Counted from the first letter of the stretch, positions 1 to 9,761 are shown. The stretch: DNA of 64,000 bases from Salinivirgaceae bacterium (GCA_017557605.1 JAFYYJ010000079.1:25499-89498); one strand, 5' to 3'. A program made the numbers and translations. Notes: generated from the letters alone by a model not told the origin.

Positions 1-465
1 GAGACGCGCACGCTCAAGCATCTCCCCCATTTCATCGAAAATATCCTCGCGCAGCTCAGGCGACTCATCCTCAATAAGTTCGAGCACTTTCTCAAAACAT
101 TCGGCAAAGCCGTCGCGCTCAAGGTCAAGCAACGCCGATGCCTTAGTCAGATAGTATCCGTAGTCATCCGACAGCATGCTTTCAAGCGGCATAATCGACT
201 CCAGAGCCTTTGCCGCATTACCTTGATGAATATCGATACGGGCACGCATCAGCACCAGCTCCGGCTCCTCACCGTGCAACCGCATGGCACTGGCACAGGC
301 CTCAACTGCCTCGTCCTGACGGTCGTTGACCATATAGTAATCAATAATCATCAGATACTCCTCAACATCGAAATACTGTGAGTTACCTGTCAGTTTTGCA
401 GCCTCGTAACGGCTGACAGCCTCCTCAACTTCCTTGTCGTCGTACCAATCGTCTGAATTGTGCAT
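1..465 (-). CDS. hypothetical helical-repeat (TPR-like) protein, N-terminal fragment; the gene runs off the window start
   Basis: Uninterrupted minus-strand frame from ATG (463-465) to position 1. It is missing from the ORF track only because it is truncated. Hand translation: MHNSDDWYDDKEVEEAVSRYEAAKLTGNSQYFDVEEYLMIIDYY... No specific family recognised. Confidence 0.45.
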   Translation of the reverse strand, partial: MHNSDDWYDDKEVEEAVSRYEAAKLTGNSQYFDVEEYLMIIDYYMVNDRQDEAVEACASAMRLHGEEPELVLMRARIDIHQGNAAKALESIMPLESMLSDDYGYYLTKASALLDLERDGFAECFEKVLELIEDESPELREDIFDEMGEMLERARL

Positions 466-612
466 ATCATTTCATTTTGCACCACTAAAATAATGCTTAT
501 TGCGCCAGTGTCCGATTAAAAAAAACGGGCCGAAAAACACCACTTTTCAACAAGATAAAACACGGCAGATAAACAAGTTAGCACCAACTATGTCAATATA
601 TTCCGAAAAGAC

Positions 613-653
613 AAAAAATGCGAATGCGCACCCTTGACGGAAGCACATTCGCA
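613..653 (-). terminator. intrinsic terminator downstream of 679..1716
   Basis: 8-bp stem TGCGAATG (619-626) / CATTCGCA (646-653). On the minus strand it is followed by a T-run (A-run 613-618 on plus). Confidence 0.5.
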
Positions 654-678
654 GTCGCATTTTTTTGGTATAGCAATG

Positions 679-1716
679 CTAATCTTCGATTTTTATGTCG
701 CCGTACTTCGATGTTACTTTAATCTTTGTATGCCCGTTACCGTCACCGGTCGCATAGTAAGATGAAGTTCCTTTTATGACCATTTTATTATTTTTGGGAA
801 TGTTGATACTACCGTAGTGCGTATTCAAATCGAGCTGATAATCATCTTTTTTCAGACGACTAGCATCAATCTTGGTATTGGCATACTTTGTCTCAACATC
901 AACTCCACGACAGCCTGACGCAAGGCCTATGGAGCGTAAGTCGCCATAACTCAAAACTATCTGGGCATAGTCGCTCACTTCCGAAATCTCAACATTGGTG
1001 TAACGCGCGTTCAAATCGATTTTCGCCACCTTGTCTACATTGACATTGCCATAAGCGGCCTCTAAAGCCAGCGATGACGCGTATCCAATTGTGATGTTTG
1101 AGTATTTGCCGGCCACAGCCACCGATTTTCCGCTGCCCACATTGACATCTGAGTACGACATGGTAATTCCGCCCAGCTCAATCTCCTCAATCGATGAGTT
1201 TGACGAGTACGACAGCTCAACTGTCGGGAATCCGCCAGTTTCGTCGTGCAGCTTATTGAGTTTCAATGTTCCGTAATTCACTTTCAGATTGCTTTTGCCC
1301 AGCAGTTTGTCGGCAACCACATTGCCATATTTGTTGAACAGATTCAAGTTCAGATATGCCGGCATTTTCACCCTGTAATTCACCGTGTAGTCATCAATCG
1401 AACCGTCAACCTCGGTCTGAACCTTTATCTGCCCGCCTGTGACTGTCGGAACAATGCTGATTTTTGCCAGTTTCTTATTGCATTCGTCTGTGTTTCTGGC
1501 TCTTACCTTTATCTCGACATCGATAATCAGACTGTCGGACTTGATGTTTTCAATATTGACATCGCCATATCGGTTCACCAACTCGAAAGTCGTGTTATTA
1601 TCGACCGCGTAGGCAAAATGCTCGGGGCGTTGCGCCTCGGTTTTCGCAGCCATGGCCGGCACCGTGAGCAATAGGCACAAAGCTGCAGCTATCGAATTAT
1701 AAATCAACCTTTTCAT
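679..1716 (-). CDS. secreted DUF4097-like putative adhesin (beta-helical repeat protein)
   Basis: Signal peptide MKRLIYNSIAAALCLLLTVPAMA. Recurring YG-x-[VIL] strand motifs (YGDVNIENI, YGNVVADKL, YGTLKLNKL, YGNVNVDKV, YGDLRSIGL, YGSINIPK, YGDIKIED). Last gene of a sigma/anti-sigma operon, with a 20-nt overlap with the upstream gene. Confidence 0.6.
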   Translation of the reverse strand: MKRLIYNSIAAALCLLLTVPAMAAKTEAQRPEHFAYAVDNNTTFELVNRYGDVNIENIKSDSLIIDVEIKVRARNTDECNKKLAKISIVPTVTGGQIKVQTEVDGSIDDYTVNYRVKMPAYLNLNLFNKYGNVVADKLLGKSNLKVNYGTLKLNKLHDETGGFPTVELSYSSNSSIEEIELGGITMSYSDVNVGSGKSVAVAGKYSNITIGYASSLALEAAYGNVNVDKVAKIDLNARYTNVEISEVSDYAQIVLSYGDLRSIGLASGCRGVDVETKYANTKIDASRLKKDDYQLDLNTHYGSINIPKNNKMVIKGTSSYYATGDGNGHTKIKVTSKYGDIKIED

Positions 1717-2329
1717 TGTTTTGTGTGTTTAGAGTTTTAATACTATTCAAATTGTTAATTATCTGATTCATCACTTCAATTTTCATTTTGTAATGATTAA
1801 TCATCGCCTCGATAAGCACCTGATTGTCAGGCGACGATTTAAGCTCCTTTTGCAGTTTCGCAAACAGTTCGTCCATTTCCGACAGCTCTTTCAGAAGTTC
1901 GGCCTTCTGCTCCTCGTCCATTGAGGTGGCCTTTATCTGGTCGAGCCGGTTATCGACCTCGGTTATGTAGTATTTCTGTGTCTCGCGATATTCGGGATTC
2001 AGTTTCGATTTCACATTCTGCGTTGTCTGCCGTACAAATTCGTTTGTCGAATTAATGTTCAGTTCGGCCACCTCATTCTGTATAGTTTCTACTCCGCTCT
2101 GTATTGTTTCAACTCCTTTTCCGAATAGAGCGCTGAACGCTTCTACACTAACAATCACCGCCACCACAACCGAGGCCGCCACATACATTATCCGTCTGTA
2201 GTTGAAGCGGTTGCGCTGCTTATGCTCCGCTTCGAGCCTCTGTTGGAATCTCTCGAAATGACCAGCCAGTGGTTCTTCGGTGTCGAACAGATTCCGGTTT
2301 TGTTCAAAAAAAGATTTCAGTTCGTCCAT
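1697..2329 (-). CDS. putative membrane-anchored anti-sigma factor
   Basis: 210 aa with a single TM segment (YVAASVVVAVIVSVEAF) after a short cytoplasmic N-terminus. Overlaps the ECF sigma gene by 13 nt. Family assignment rests on context only. Confidence 0.5.
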   Translation of the reverse strand: MDELKSFFEQNRNLFDTEEPLAGHFERFQQRLEAEHKQRNRFNYRRIMYVAASVVVAVIVSVEAFSALFGKGVETIQSGVETIQNEVAELNINSTNEFVRQTTQNVKSKLNPEYRETQKYYITEVDNRLDQIKATSMDEEQKAELLKELSEMDELFAKLQKELKSSPDNQVLIEAMINHYKMKIEVMNQIINNLNSIKTLNTQNNEKVDL

Positions 2330-2892
2330 AACCCAATATTTTTTTGTTCAAGCATTTCCTGTAGTTTCTTTTTGGCCCGCGAGTACCCCGTGCGCACGGC
2401 GGCGTTGCTCATCTCCATTATCTGGGCTATCTCCTCGTGGTCGTAACCCTCGATAAGATAGAGCGTCAGCAACACCCGGTAGTTGTCTGGCATTGAGGCT
2501 ATTGCCGCCTTTACCTGCTCTACTTTCAGCTCCACTTCGCCCCCGTTGTATTCCTCGTCGTCGATAATGGTACGGCCATCTTCGAGAGGCTCAAGGTCGA
2601 GCGATTTTTTCTTAAGAACGTCGAGCGAGCGGTTAACCACAATGCGCTTCAGCCACGAGCCGAAGCTCACCTCGCCGCGGAACGAGTCGATATTACGGAA
2701 CGCTGCCAGAAATGCCTCCTGCATCACATCCTCGGCCTCCATCGGGTCCTTTACAAACCGCAGGCTGGTGTTGTACATCGCCTTGTAATACAGCTTGTAA
2801 ATCTCGAACTGGGCCTTGCTGCTCCCATTCCGGCATTCGTCAATCAGCTGACTGTGAATATCTATGTACTTCGGTTCCAAAATCACTATCAA
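2317..2892 (-). CDS. RNA polymerase ECF-type sigma-70 factor
   Basis: Region 2 (DVMQEAFLAAFRNIDSFRGEVSFGSWLKRIVVNRSLDVLKKK) and region 4 (YRVLLTLYLIEGYDHEEIAQIMEMSNAAVRTGYSRAKKKL) motifs. The start is non-ATG (TTG at 2892 or GTG at 2886). Confidence 0.85.
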   Translation of the reverse strand: MIVILEPKYIDIHSQLIDECRNGSSKAQFEIYKLYYKAMYNTSLRFVKDPMEAEDVMQEAFLAAFRNIDSFRGEVSFGSWLKRIVVNRSLDVLKKKSLDLEPLEDGRTIIDDEEYNGGEVELKVEQVKAAIASMPDNYRVLLTLYLIEGYDHEEIAQIMEMSNAAVRTGYSRAKKKLQEMLEQKNIGLWTN

Positions 2893-2969
2893 TTACGCCA
2901 TAAATGACGGTGCATTTTTTCAAATGTAACAGTGTTTGTGAGATTTTTTTTGGGAAAGTTACAAATCCT

Positions 2970-2977
2970 TATCTTTG
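2970..2977 (+). promoter_or_regulatory. Bacteroidota -7 promoter box (TAnnTTTG) for the YitT-family gene
   Basis: TATCTTTG lies 22 nt upstream of ATG 3000, with TTTG at 2949-2952 as a possible -33 element. This supports the internal start at 3000. Confidence 0.45.
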
Positions 2978-2999
2978 CCCGAAACCAATATTGAAAACT

Positions 3000-3935
3000 A
3001 TGGCATTGGATTTAAACAAGTTGACTGGCGGCGGCACGTGGCGCGATGCGGCAAAATCTGTCGCCTATATTCTGGTGGGCACGTTTGTGCTGTCGCTGGG
3101 ATTTGTGCTGTTCATCAACCCTTACAAGATTGTGCCGGGCGGAGTTTACGGTATCTCCATCGTCATCCACCACTCCACCAAGGGAATGTTCGACTTGTTT
3201 CCCGACGGCACGCCCATCGGTCTTGTGTCGGCCTGCCTTGACACCATTCTAACCATTATCGGCACAAAAATTCTAGGGCCTCGTTTCGGCTTTAAAACAG
3301 TGCTAGGATTCCTTTCGACAGCGGCATTTATGGATACGCTCACAGCCTTCATTGGTGAGAACGACCCGCTCGGTCTTGCCGACGATTTGCTGCTGGCATC
3401 GGTTTTCGGCGCTACCATTATCGGCATCGGTCTGGCCATTGTGTTCAAGTCGAAGGCTACATCGGGCGGCTCCGACATTATTGCGGCCATTATCGCAAAA
3501 TACACTCATCTGCCTATCGGCCATCTGCTGATTTATGTTGATAGCGCCATTGCCTTGTTGGGTCTTATCGCGTTCAGCGACTGGAAGATACCATTGTACT
3601 CATGGTTGGTAATTTTCATCACCGGCAAGGTTGTGGATATGATTCTTGAAGGCGCGGGGCACGAAAAAATGCTGCTCATCATATCGGACCATCACGAAGA
3701 GATTCGCGAACGTCTGCTTAACGACCTTGGCCGCGGCGGCACCTATCTGAACGGCGAGGGAATGTACGGCGGCACACCTAAAAAGGTGATTTACACCATT
3801 GTTGACCGCCGCGAGGTGCTGATTCTTGAAGAGCACATCGGCCGCATCGACCCAAATGCCTTTGTGGCTGTGATTGACGCAAAAGAGATTCTCGGCGAAG
3901 GATTTAAATCTCTGTCGGAGAAGACGAAAGGGTAA
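3000..3935 (+). CDS. YitT-family membrane protein with C-terminal DUF2179 domain
   Basis: Multi-TM N-terminal region (GGVYGISIVIHH, SGGSDIIAAIIAKY). C-terminal soluble domain (HEKMLLIISDHHEEIRERLLNDLGRGGTYLNGEGMYGG...DPNAFVAVIDAKEILGEGF). The ORF-track start at 2904 was trimmed to MALDLNKL using the promoter box. Confidence 0.8.
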   Translation: MALDLNKLTGGGTWRDAAKSVAYILVGTFVLSLGFVLFINPYKIVPGGVYGISIVIHHSTKGMFDLFPDGTPIGLVSACLDTILTIIGTKILGPRFGFKTVLGFLSTAAFMDTLTAFIGENDPLGLADDLLLASVFGATIIGIGLAIVFKSKATSGGSDIIAAIIAKYTHLPIGHLLIYVDSAIALLGLIAFSDWKIPLYSWLVIFITGKVVDMILEGAGHEKMLLIISDHHEEIRERLLNDLGRGGTYLNGEGMYGGTPKKVIYTIVDRREVLILEEHIGRIDPNAFVAVIDAKEILGEGFKSLSEKTKG

Positions 3936-4061
3936 GTGGTGAGAGTTTAGAGGTAAGAGTTAGTTTTAAGTTTTCGAAGTTTTAAGTTATAAGTAGGGAC
4001 GCAATGCTTGCGTCAGCGTTAGTGTCAGTGTTTTCGTTTTAGTTTTTCGTTTAAGTTATCG

Positions 4062-5132
4062 TTAGCGTTTTTCAACAAACTCAACCTGAAACATTTTAGG
4101 CCACAGCTTGCCGGTAACATACCAACGATTGGTGCTTTTTTGATAAGCAATGCCGTTGAGCACATCGACGCGCAGCTTTAGTTCGGCTGTGTTTAGCAAA
4201 CCACGCATATCTATAATTTTCAGCACCTTACCGGATGTCGGTTCAATAGCCACAATAAAATCGGAGCAGTAGATGTTAGCGTAAATCAAACCATCGACAT
4301 ACTCCAACTCGTTTAGCATTGTAACAGGACCATTGTTGTCGTAAACTTCAATCCGGCGCACCTCGCTAAAAGACGCAGTATCAACAAAATAAATCTTCTC
4401 ACTGCCGTCGCTCATTATCAGATTGCTGCCGTCGTTGGCAAGTCCCCACCCTTCAGTTGGATACGAAAATCCGGCTATCTTATTGAGTGTATTTTTGTTA
4501 TACACAAAGCCGGCAAACGACCGCCACGTCAACTGATACACTTTTTCGCCAAGCACCGTAACACCCTCGCCAAAATACTGATTATCCAACGCAACACTAT
4601 TCTCAACCGTTTGCTTCTGGAAATCAATCTTATACAAAGCCGAGCGTCCTTCAAGTCCGGTTCCTTCGTACAGATAATCGCCGTCAAACTCCAGGCCTTG
4701 AGTGTAATAATCATGATTATGAGGCAGTTGCTTGATTATTTTGTAGGTGTATCGCACTGGCTCAACATCGGAAACAATACGCACATGCGCCCGTCCTTCG
4801 GCTTGCGAACCATCTGCTGTCCAGGCAGTTATGCGGATTGTATGCTGTCCAACGCTTGCCTGATTGGTTGGCAGGCTCAGTTTTGCTGTTCGTGCAAATT
4901 TCATTGTCCGTCCGCCGAAGCTGACGCTTAACGAATCAATGACTGCACCACTTTCGGCATTGCATTGCAAATCAATATTTTGTCCAAACACATACTTGTC
5001 GCCATTAATGAGCGACACCGCCAGCCGCTCAATCTTGGCTGTTGCTTGTTTGCCACCGTTTTGCCGCTCGGCGCACGATGCAAACAACAATGCTATCGAC
5101 AATAAAACAACGGTTCTAACATATAGCTTCAT
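4062..5132 (-). CDS. glutaminyl-peptide cyclotransferase (beta-propeller glutamine cyclotransferase family) lipoprotein with an N-terminal Ig-like region
   Basis: YTQGLEFDGDYLYEGTGLEGRSALYKID and later propeller-like repeats. Lipoprotein signal MKLYVRTVVLLSIALLFASC. Start moved to M15 because an upstream-gene terminator lies at 5161-5197. Confidence 0.7.
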   Translation of the reverse strand: MKLYVRTVVLLSIALLFASCAERQNGGKQATAKIERLAVSLINGDKYVFGQNIDLQCNAESGAVIDSLSVSFGGRTMKFARTAKLSLPTNQASVGQHTIRITAWTADGSQAEGRAHVRIVSDVEPVRYTYKIIKQLPHNHDYYTQGLEFDGDYLYEGTGLEGRSALYKIDFQKQTVENSVALDNQYFGEGVTVLGEKVYQLTWRSFAGFVYNKNTLNKIAGFSYPTEGWGLANDGSNLIMSDGSEKIYFVDTASFSEVRRIEVYDNNGPVTMLNELEYVDGLIYANIYCSDFIVAIEPTSGKVLKIIDMRGLLNTAELKLRVDVLNGIAYQKSTNRWYVTGKLWPKMFQVEFVEKR

Positions 5133-5160
5133 ACCTCGAAAAATTTCCGCAAAATAATCA

Positions 5161-5197
5161 ATAAAAAGAGCCACCTCAAAAAAATGAAGCGGCTCTT
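5161..5197 (-). terminator. candidate intrinsic terminator after 5219..6520
   Basis: 7-bp stem AAGAGCC (5166-5172) / GGCTCTT (5191-5197) with a long 18-nt loop. A T-rich tail follows on the minus strand. Confidence 0.35.
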
Positions 5198-5218
5198 GTC
5201 CTTCTATTTCGGCTCAAA

Positions 5219-6520
5219 TTACCAAGCAGTCGTAAACTTTTGATTATAAAGTTTATAAGCTCCCTGCTCGCCAGTTTTGTTCGATTTGTAATAAACCACG
5301 CCTTTCAGTGCATCATACTTCTTGGCGGTGTAAACCGACTTATCAAGCGGCTGAGCCACTGTCAGATTCAGGTCGTGAGTGCCCTTTCCACTGAATGATG
5401 CGTTGATGTTGTCGATGATTATCGGGCTCTCGTTGCCGAAATTGAGCACCACCTTAGTAACCGTAAACGGAGTGTCGTATTTCGATACAACCGGAATGTA
5501 GCAGTTGCAATCCGTAATCTCAGTTCCGTTGTCGGTGCCAGCGGTAAAATTGATGTCGTTGTTGACAAAAATGTTGATTGACTCACCTTTGATATTGAAG
5601 AAATAATCGTGGTTGGCCTTGCCAAACTGATTTCTGCACTCAATGGTCACCTTGTTGTCAGGGTCGTCGTAACACTCATCGTATGTGTATTTTACAACCC
5701 ACTCGTCGCCGTCTGGCTTAACATCGACAATCTTTGCGCAGTTCGATTTTGCGCGCGGAGTGGTTGTTGTCCGCATCACCTTGCCGGCAGCGTTTATCGT
5801 AAACCTAATCTCACCAAGCGATGTGCTCACCGTCTCGATTGAAGCATTTTTCATAATCTCGACAATCTTGCTCATTGCCACCTCAGCCTTGTGCAGGCGA
5901 GTGTCGATATCAATAAACGCTTTTTTGAGAGCATTCAGTTCCGAATGAATTTGTTGCAATTCCTCAAAGCTGTTTGTCTCATCAATTTTAGCAATCAGAG
6001 AGTTCAACTGGCGAGTGAGTTCGCGGTCGTTTTTCTCATACTCCATAACCAGCTTTTTCAGTTGGAAATCGCTGAACGGATACTTAACGTGATAGTAATA
6101 GTTGATGCGACCGTCGCTCTCCTTCACCTTGGCCCAATAGTATTCTTCAACCTGGTTGAGCGAAACACCTTTGATGAACGGAATGTCGGCTGCGCGGGTT
6201 TTGGTAGCCACCTTGTACGATTCTGTAATCCGCATGTCGCCCGACTGGTTGTCCTCTGTCAGCGAATGCTCTGTCTGCGTCGAGATATTATCAGCTACCG
6301 AGCTGATAATCTGCTCTTTGACTTTCAATATCGCTTTTTCGCGTGCATCTTCCAAAGTATTTGACGACGCCGACATTACAATGTAGTCTTTGACTAATGA
6401 GTTAACCCAAGCCGGTTGTTTTTTAGGCTGACTCTCAAGCACTTTAGCCTTTTGAGCCACGGCAGTGTTCAGTGTTGCCAATCCGCAGAATATCGACAAC
6501 AACAGCAGTATCTTTTTCAT
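5219..6520 (-). CDS. hypothetical secreted/lipoprotein with a coiled-coil middle region
   Basis: 433 aa from ATG 6520 (the track start 6526 is TTG). Signal MKKILLLLSIFCGLATLNTAVAQ. No enzymatic motif recognised. Confidence 0.6.
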   Translation of the reverse strand: MKKILLLLSIFCGLATLNTAVAQKAKVLESQPKKQPAWVNSLVKDYIVMSASSNTLEDAREKAILKVKEQIISSVADNISTQTEHSLTEDNQSGDMRITESYKVATKTRAADIPFIKGVSLNQVEEYYWAKVKESDGRINYYYHVKYPFSDFQLKKLVMEYEKNDRELTRQLNSLIAKIDETNSFEELQQIHSELNALKKAFIDIDTRLHKAEVAMSKIVEIMKNASIETVSTSLGEIRFTINAAGKVMRTTTTPRAKSNCAKIVDVKPDGDEWVVKYTYDECYDDPDNKVTIECRNQFGKANHDYFFNIKGESINIFVNNDINFTAGTDNGTEITDCNCYIPVVSKYDTPFTVTKVVLNFGNESPIIIDNINASFSGKGTHDLNLTVAQPLDKSVYTAKKYDALKGVVYYKSNKTGEQGAYKLYNQKFTTAW

Positions 6521-6550
6521 ATTCAAACGTTTTAAGTGTGATGCAATAAA

Positions 6551-6584
6551 GAAAAAAAGAAGTTGCCCGTGCCGAGCAACTTCT
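6551..6584 (-). terminator. intrinsic terminator after 6606..7160
   Basis: 9-bp stem AGAAGTTGC (6558-6566) / GCAACTTCT (6576-6584). On the minus strand a T7 run follows (A-run 6551-6557 on plus). Confidence 0.6.
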
Positions 6585-6605
6585 TTGTCCGTAAAAAACC
6601 GTTAA

Positions 6606-7160
6606 TTAAAGTTTGCTCATTTCCTCGTCAAACTTCTGACGGAATTTCTCGCGGTCATACATAACCTCAAGTTTCTTGTCTTTAGAGATTGAATTCTCAA
6701 CAGTGTTGATGACTTCGTCTTTGCCCATTTCGACAGCTACAAAAGCCTCATAACCACCACCATTGGCTTCAAAATATTTTTCGCAAGTAACCTTAACCGA
6801 GTTCAGTTTCTGGTTTACAACCTCTTTGGTCAGGCTCTGATACGACTGCTCAAACTCTTGTTTGCCGGCAGCGTCCATTTCGCTTGCATAATTCTCGGTA
6901 ACCGATTTAATTGTTGACTCAATGCTTGCCGCCAAAGCTTGTTTTGCGTTAAGTAATGCTTTTTGTTTGGCAAGATTAAGGTCTTGGCTCTTAGCAGTTG
7001 CGCTTGCGCGGAATGCGTCTTTTGTGTTCTGTCCAAACTCCTGGCAAGGAATTGTCAACTCTTGACGGCCTTTTGTAACTGATGCAGGCTTTGAACCGCC
7101 GCAGCTTGCAAATACCATAGCTCCTAAAGCAACTAAGCTTAAAATCGAAATCTTTCTCAT
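6606..7160 (-). CDS. small lipoprotein (LPP20-like?)
   Basis: Lipobox MRKISILSLVALGAMVFASCGG. Alpha-helical, Lys/Glu/Ala-rich mature part. The family name is a tentative recollection. Confidence 0.55.
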   Translation of the reverse strand: MRKISILSLVALGAMVFASCGGSKPASVTKGRQELTIPCQEFGQNTKDAFRASATAKSQDLNLAKQKALLNAKQALAASIESTIKSVTENYASEMDAAGKQEFEQSYQSLTKEVVNQKLNSVKVTCEKYFEANGGGYEAFVAVEMGKDEVINTVENSISKDKKLEVMYDREKFRQKFDEEMSKL

Positions 7161-7291
7161 AATTAATATAAATTTAAGTTAATAAAACAAATATTATCAT
7201 TTTTCAGATAAATCAATAATAAGATGCACCTTTTGGTAAAAAGGTTGCGTGAAGATATATATTTTTTTTCAAATCCTATTATATGGCCACA

Positions 7292-8503
7292 TTATTTCAC
7301 TTTCAGTAAGCAACTATCGCCATAACTTAGGAACCTGAAATTGTTGCCCAAAGCGTAGTCATAAACGCGATGCCAGTCGTCGCCGATGAGAGCTGAGACC
7401 AACAGCAGCAGAGTGCTTTGCGGCTGGTGGAAGTTGGTTATCAGATTGTCGACAACCTTGTAGGTGTAGCCCGGCGCAATCATTATGCAGGTGCTGGCCG
7501 TCAGCTCGGCTGCACCTGAACGCCGCACCAACTCGATAAGCGCGCCAAATGCCTCACCAACGGGCACCGTCCCTGGCAGCGAATAGGCTTCCCACTGCCC
7601 AAGCGACAGCGGATTATCCATCTGCAGTTTCGCCTTAACGCCCATCCAATACATACTCTCGAGCGTGCGCACTGTGGTTGTCCCCACGGCCACCACTTTT
7701 TTCCTATTATTAAAAATAGGTGCCAAAATATCCTCCGACAGAACGAAATGCTCAGTGTGCATCGGGTGCTCGCCAATAGTCGGTGTCTGCACTGGCTTGA
7801 ACGTTCCGGCGCCCACATGCAGTGTAACATTCAGATGCTCAATACCTTTGGCTTGAAGCGAATCGAAAACCGACTGTGTGAAATGCAAGCCTGCTGTTGG
7901 TGCCGCCACCGAGCCCTTCTCCTCCGAATAAATAGTTTGATAACGCTCATTATCAATATCTTCCGATTTTCGGTTCAAATATGGAGGAATGGGAATCTGT
8001 CCTGCCCAATCGACAATCTCGCCAAAGGCAACCTGCTGATTATCCCACTCAAAACGAATAAGTTGTGCATCTTTATCAGTACCCACACGCGTAACGCTGA
8101 GCGTTGTCTGACGGCCACCAAAATCAATCGTCTTTGTCAGGCTGCCGCTTTTCCACTTTTTGCTATTACCTACATAACAATTCCAGACACAACTCTTTGT
8201 TTGCGAGAACATTACATTATACTCAGCCGGCTCGTGCGGTTCAAGGCAGAAAATCTCAACTCGCGCACCCGACTCCTTGAAAAACTCCATCCGCGCACGG
8301 ATAACCTTCGTGTTGTTGGTGATAATAACCGAGTCTGCATCCAGATGTGAGGCCAGGTTGCGAAACACATCTTCAGATATATGACCTTGATTGTAAACCA
8401 ACAGTTTAGATTGGTCGCGCTCAGCCAGCGGATATTTGGCAATGCGCTCGTCGGGCAGCGGATAATTGAAATCGGCTATTCTTATTTCGGCAGGTATCTG
8501 CAT
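7292..8503 (-). CDS. queA: S-adenosylmethionine:tRNA ribosyltransferase-isomerase
   Basis: N-terminus MQIPAEIRIADFNYPLPDERIAKYPLAERDQSKLLVY, plus AAPTAGLHFT and GTTTVRTLES motifs typical of QueA. First ATG is at 8503. Confidence 0.9.
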   Translation of the reverse strand: MQIPAEIRIADFNYPLPDERIAKYPLAERDQSKLLVYNQGHISEDVFRNLASHLDADSVIITNNTKVIRARMEFFKESGARVEIFCLEPHEPAEYNVMFSQTKSCVWNCYVGNSKKWKSGSLTKTIDFGGRQTTLSVTRVGTDKDAQLIRFEWDNQQVAFGEIVDWAGQIPIPPYLNRKSEDIDNERYQTIYSEEKGSVAAPTAGLHFTQSVFDSLQAKGIEHLNVTLHVGAGTFKPVQTPTIGEHPMHTEHFVLSEDILAPIFNNRKKVVAVGTTTVRTLESMYWMGVKAKLQMDNPLSLGQWEAYSLPGTVPVGEAFGALIELVRRSGAAELTASTCIMIAPGYTYKVVDNLITNFHQPQSTLLLLVSALIGDDWHRVYDYALGNNFRFLSYGDSCLLKVK

Positions 8504-8636
8504 CACAGAAAATGTTTTAATAATATAAAATATTACAAATCTGTTATTTAGTCAGTTTGCTAACTGCTACCGCATTTTGAATGCGATACGGCGCAAAAAT
8601 AATTTAACTTCGCGCAATTATTAAAATAGATTTCAG

Positions 8637-9752
8637 ATGAACGTTAAAGTTGGCGACACCGTTAGGTTTTTGAACGATGTGGGAGGCGGAAAGGTTGTCG
8701 GCATTATCGACCGCAACACCGCTATGGTTTTGAATGATGATGAATTTGAGGTGCCAACCCCGATTAGCGAGTTGGTTGTTGTGGAATCGGCCTCTGACAA
8801 TCGTCTGCGCGAGAACCGAAGCGGCAATACCGACACAAGCAATGTAAAACATTATCAAACCGATAGCAACGCTGATATCGATGCTGACGAGTCTGGAATT
8901 GACGCTCCGACAGCACAATCGATTGAGGATATTTTCTACCCAATGGTGTCCTTTGACAAGGACAACGGTGACAGTCTGCGCGAATTTCTGGCGTTTGTGC
9001 CCAAAGCCAAAAACGGTGGATTCGACATCTATCTGATAAACGACAGCAACTACAACGTGCTATACAATATTATTGCAACAAACGCCGACGACCAAAGCGA
9101 ATCGGAGGCTGTGGGCGTGCTTGAGGCCAACACCAAAGTGCAGTTTTCGACTTTGACAATGGACAGTGTTAACTTGATTCCAGCCTATACGTTCCACCTG
9201 ACTTTCTATCGTAAAGGCGTTTTCAAGGTGAAAGAGCCGCTGTCGCGAACCATTGAAATGAATCCTGTGAAGTTCTACAAGGAGACGTCGTTTGTAAAAA
9301 ACGATTTCTTCAACAAAAACGCCATGATGATTGCATTGATTGACGAACGCGCCGCAGCCGACTCAATCGAGAACATGAGCGACAAAGATTTCAAAGCGCT
9401 TGTAAATCAGAAACGGCAAGGCGAAAAAGCTGAGCATAAAGAGTTTAAGTCGGGCAAGGCTACGCAATCACAGATTGTGGAAGTTGACCTACACATTCAT
9501 GAACTATTGGACGACTTCCGTGGTTTGAGCAACAGCGAAATGCTTGAAATACAAATGAAAAAATTCAACGAGGAGTTGGAGAAAGCCATGCACAACGGCA
9601 CCAAAAAGATTGTCTTCATTCATGGTGTGGGCGCAGGCGTGTTGAAACTCGAAATCCGCCGCAAGCTCGACCAAATGAAGAAAAAACTTGATTATCAAGA
9701 CGCTTCGTTCAAAGAATACGGCTACGGAGCTACATTGGTAAGGATTTTCTAA
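8637..9752 (+). CDS. DUF2027 / Smr-domain protein
   Basis: C-terminal Smr-like module (VDLHIHELLD...KIVFIHGVGAGVLKLEIRRKL). N-terminus MNVKVGDTVRFLNDVGGGKV is typical of Bacteroidota Smr proteins. Confidence 0.75.
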   Translation: MNVKVGDTVRFLNDVGGGKVVGIIDRNTAMVLNDDEFEVPTPISELVVVESASDNRLRENRSGNTDTSNVKHYQTDSNADIDADESGIDAPTAQSIEDIFYPMVSFDKDNGDSLREFLAFVPKAKNGGFDIYLINDSNYNVLYNIIATNADDQSESEAVGVLEANTKVQFSTLTMDSVNLIPAYTFHLTFYRKGVFKVKEPLSRTIEMNPVKFYKETSFVKNDFFNKNAMMIALIDERAAADSIENMSDKDFKALVNQKRQGEKAEHKEFKSGKATQSQIVEVDLHIHELLDDFRGLSNSEMLEIQMKKFNEELEKAMHNGTKKIVFIHGVGAGVLKLEIRRKLDQMKKKLDYQDASFKEYGYGATLVRIF

Positions 9753-9761
9753 GATTGCCGC

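Noticed and set aside
2904-2999. Upstream extensions of ORF-track starts: YitT 2904, rluD 29982, U32 31178, paralog C 55824, GntR 56677, CotH-2 23124, SUI1 39245, ECF sigma 40922 and others
   Set aside because: The extensions overlap upstream genes, promoter boxes or terminators, or add non-homologous N-termini. Internal ATGs give canonical N-termini or signal peptides.
3947-3957. 11-nt match TTAGAGGTAAG (3947-3957) to the reverse complement of 54705-54715, both in G/T-rich 3' intergenic regions, as a possible dispersed repeat
   Set aside because: Hundreds of 11-mer matches are expected by chance when both strands of 64 kb are compared. The flanks do not extend the similarity.
3998-4014. Hairpin GACGCAA-TGC-TTGCGTC between the convergent YitT-family and glutaminyl-cyclase genes, as a terminator
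   Set aside because: No adjacent U-tract on either strand and only a 3-nt loop. Not reported as a feature.
8604-8918. 104-aa minus-strand ORF overlapping the start of the Smr-domain gene
   Set aside because: It overlaps a well-supported plus-strand gene and lacks a promoter box. Its composition is shadow-frame-like.
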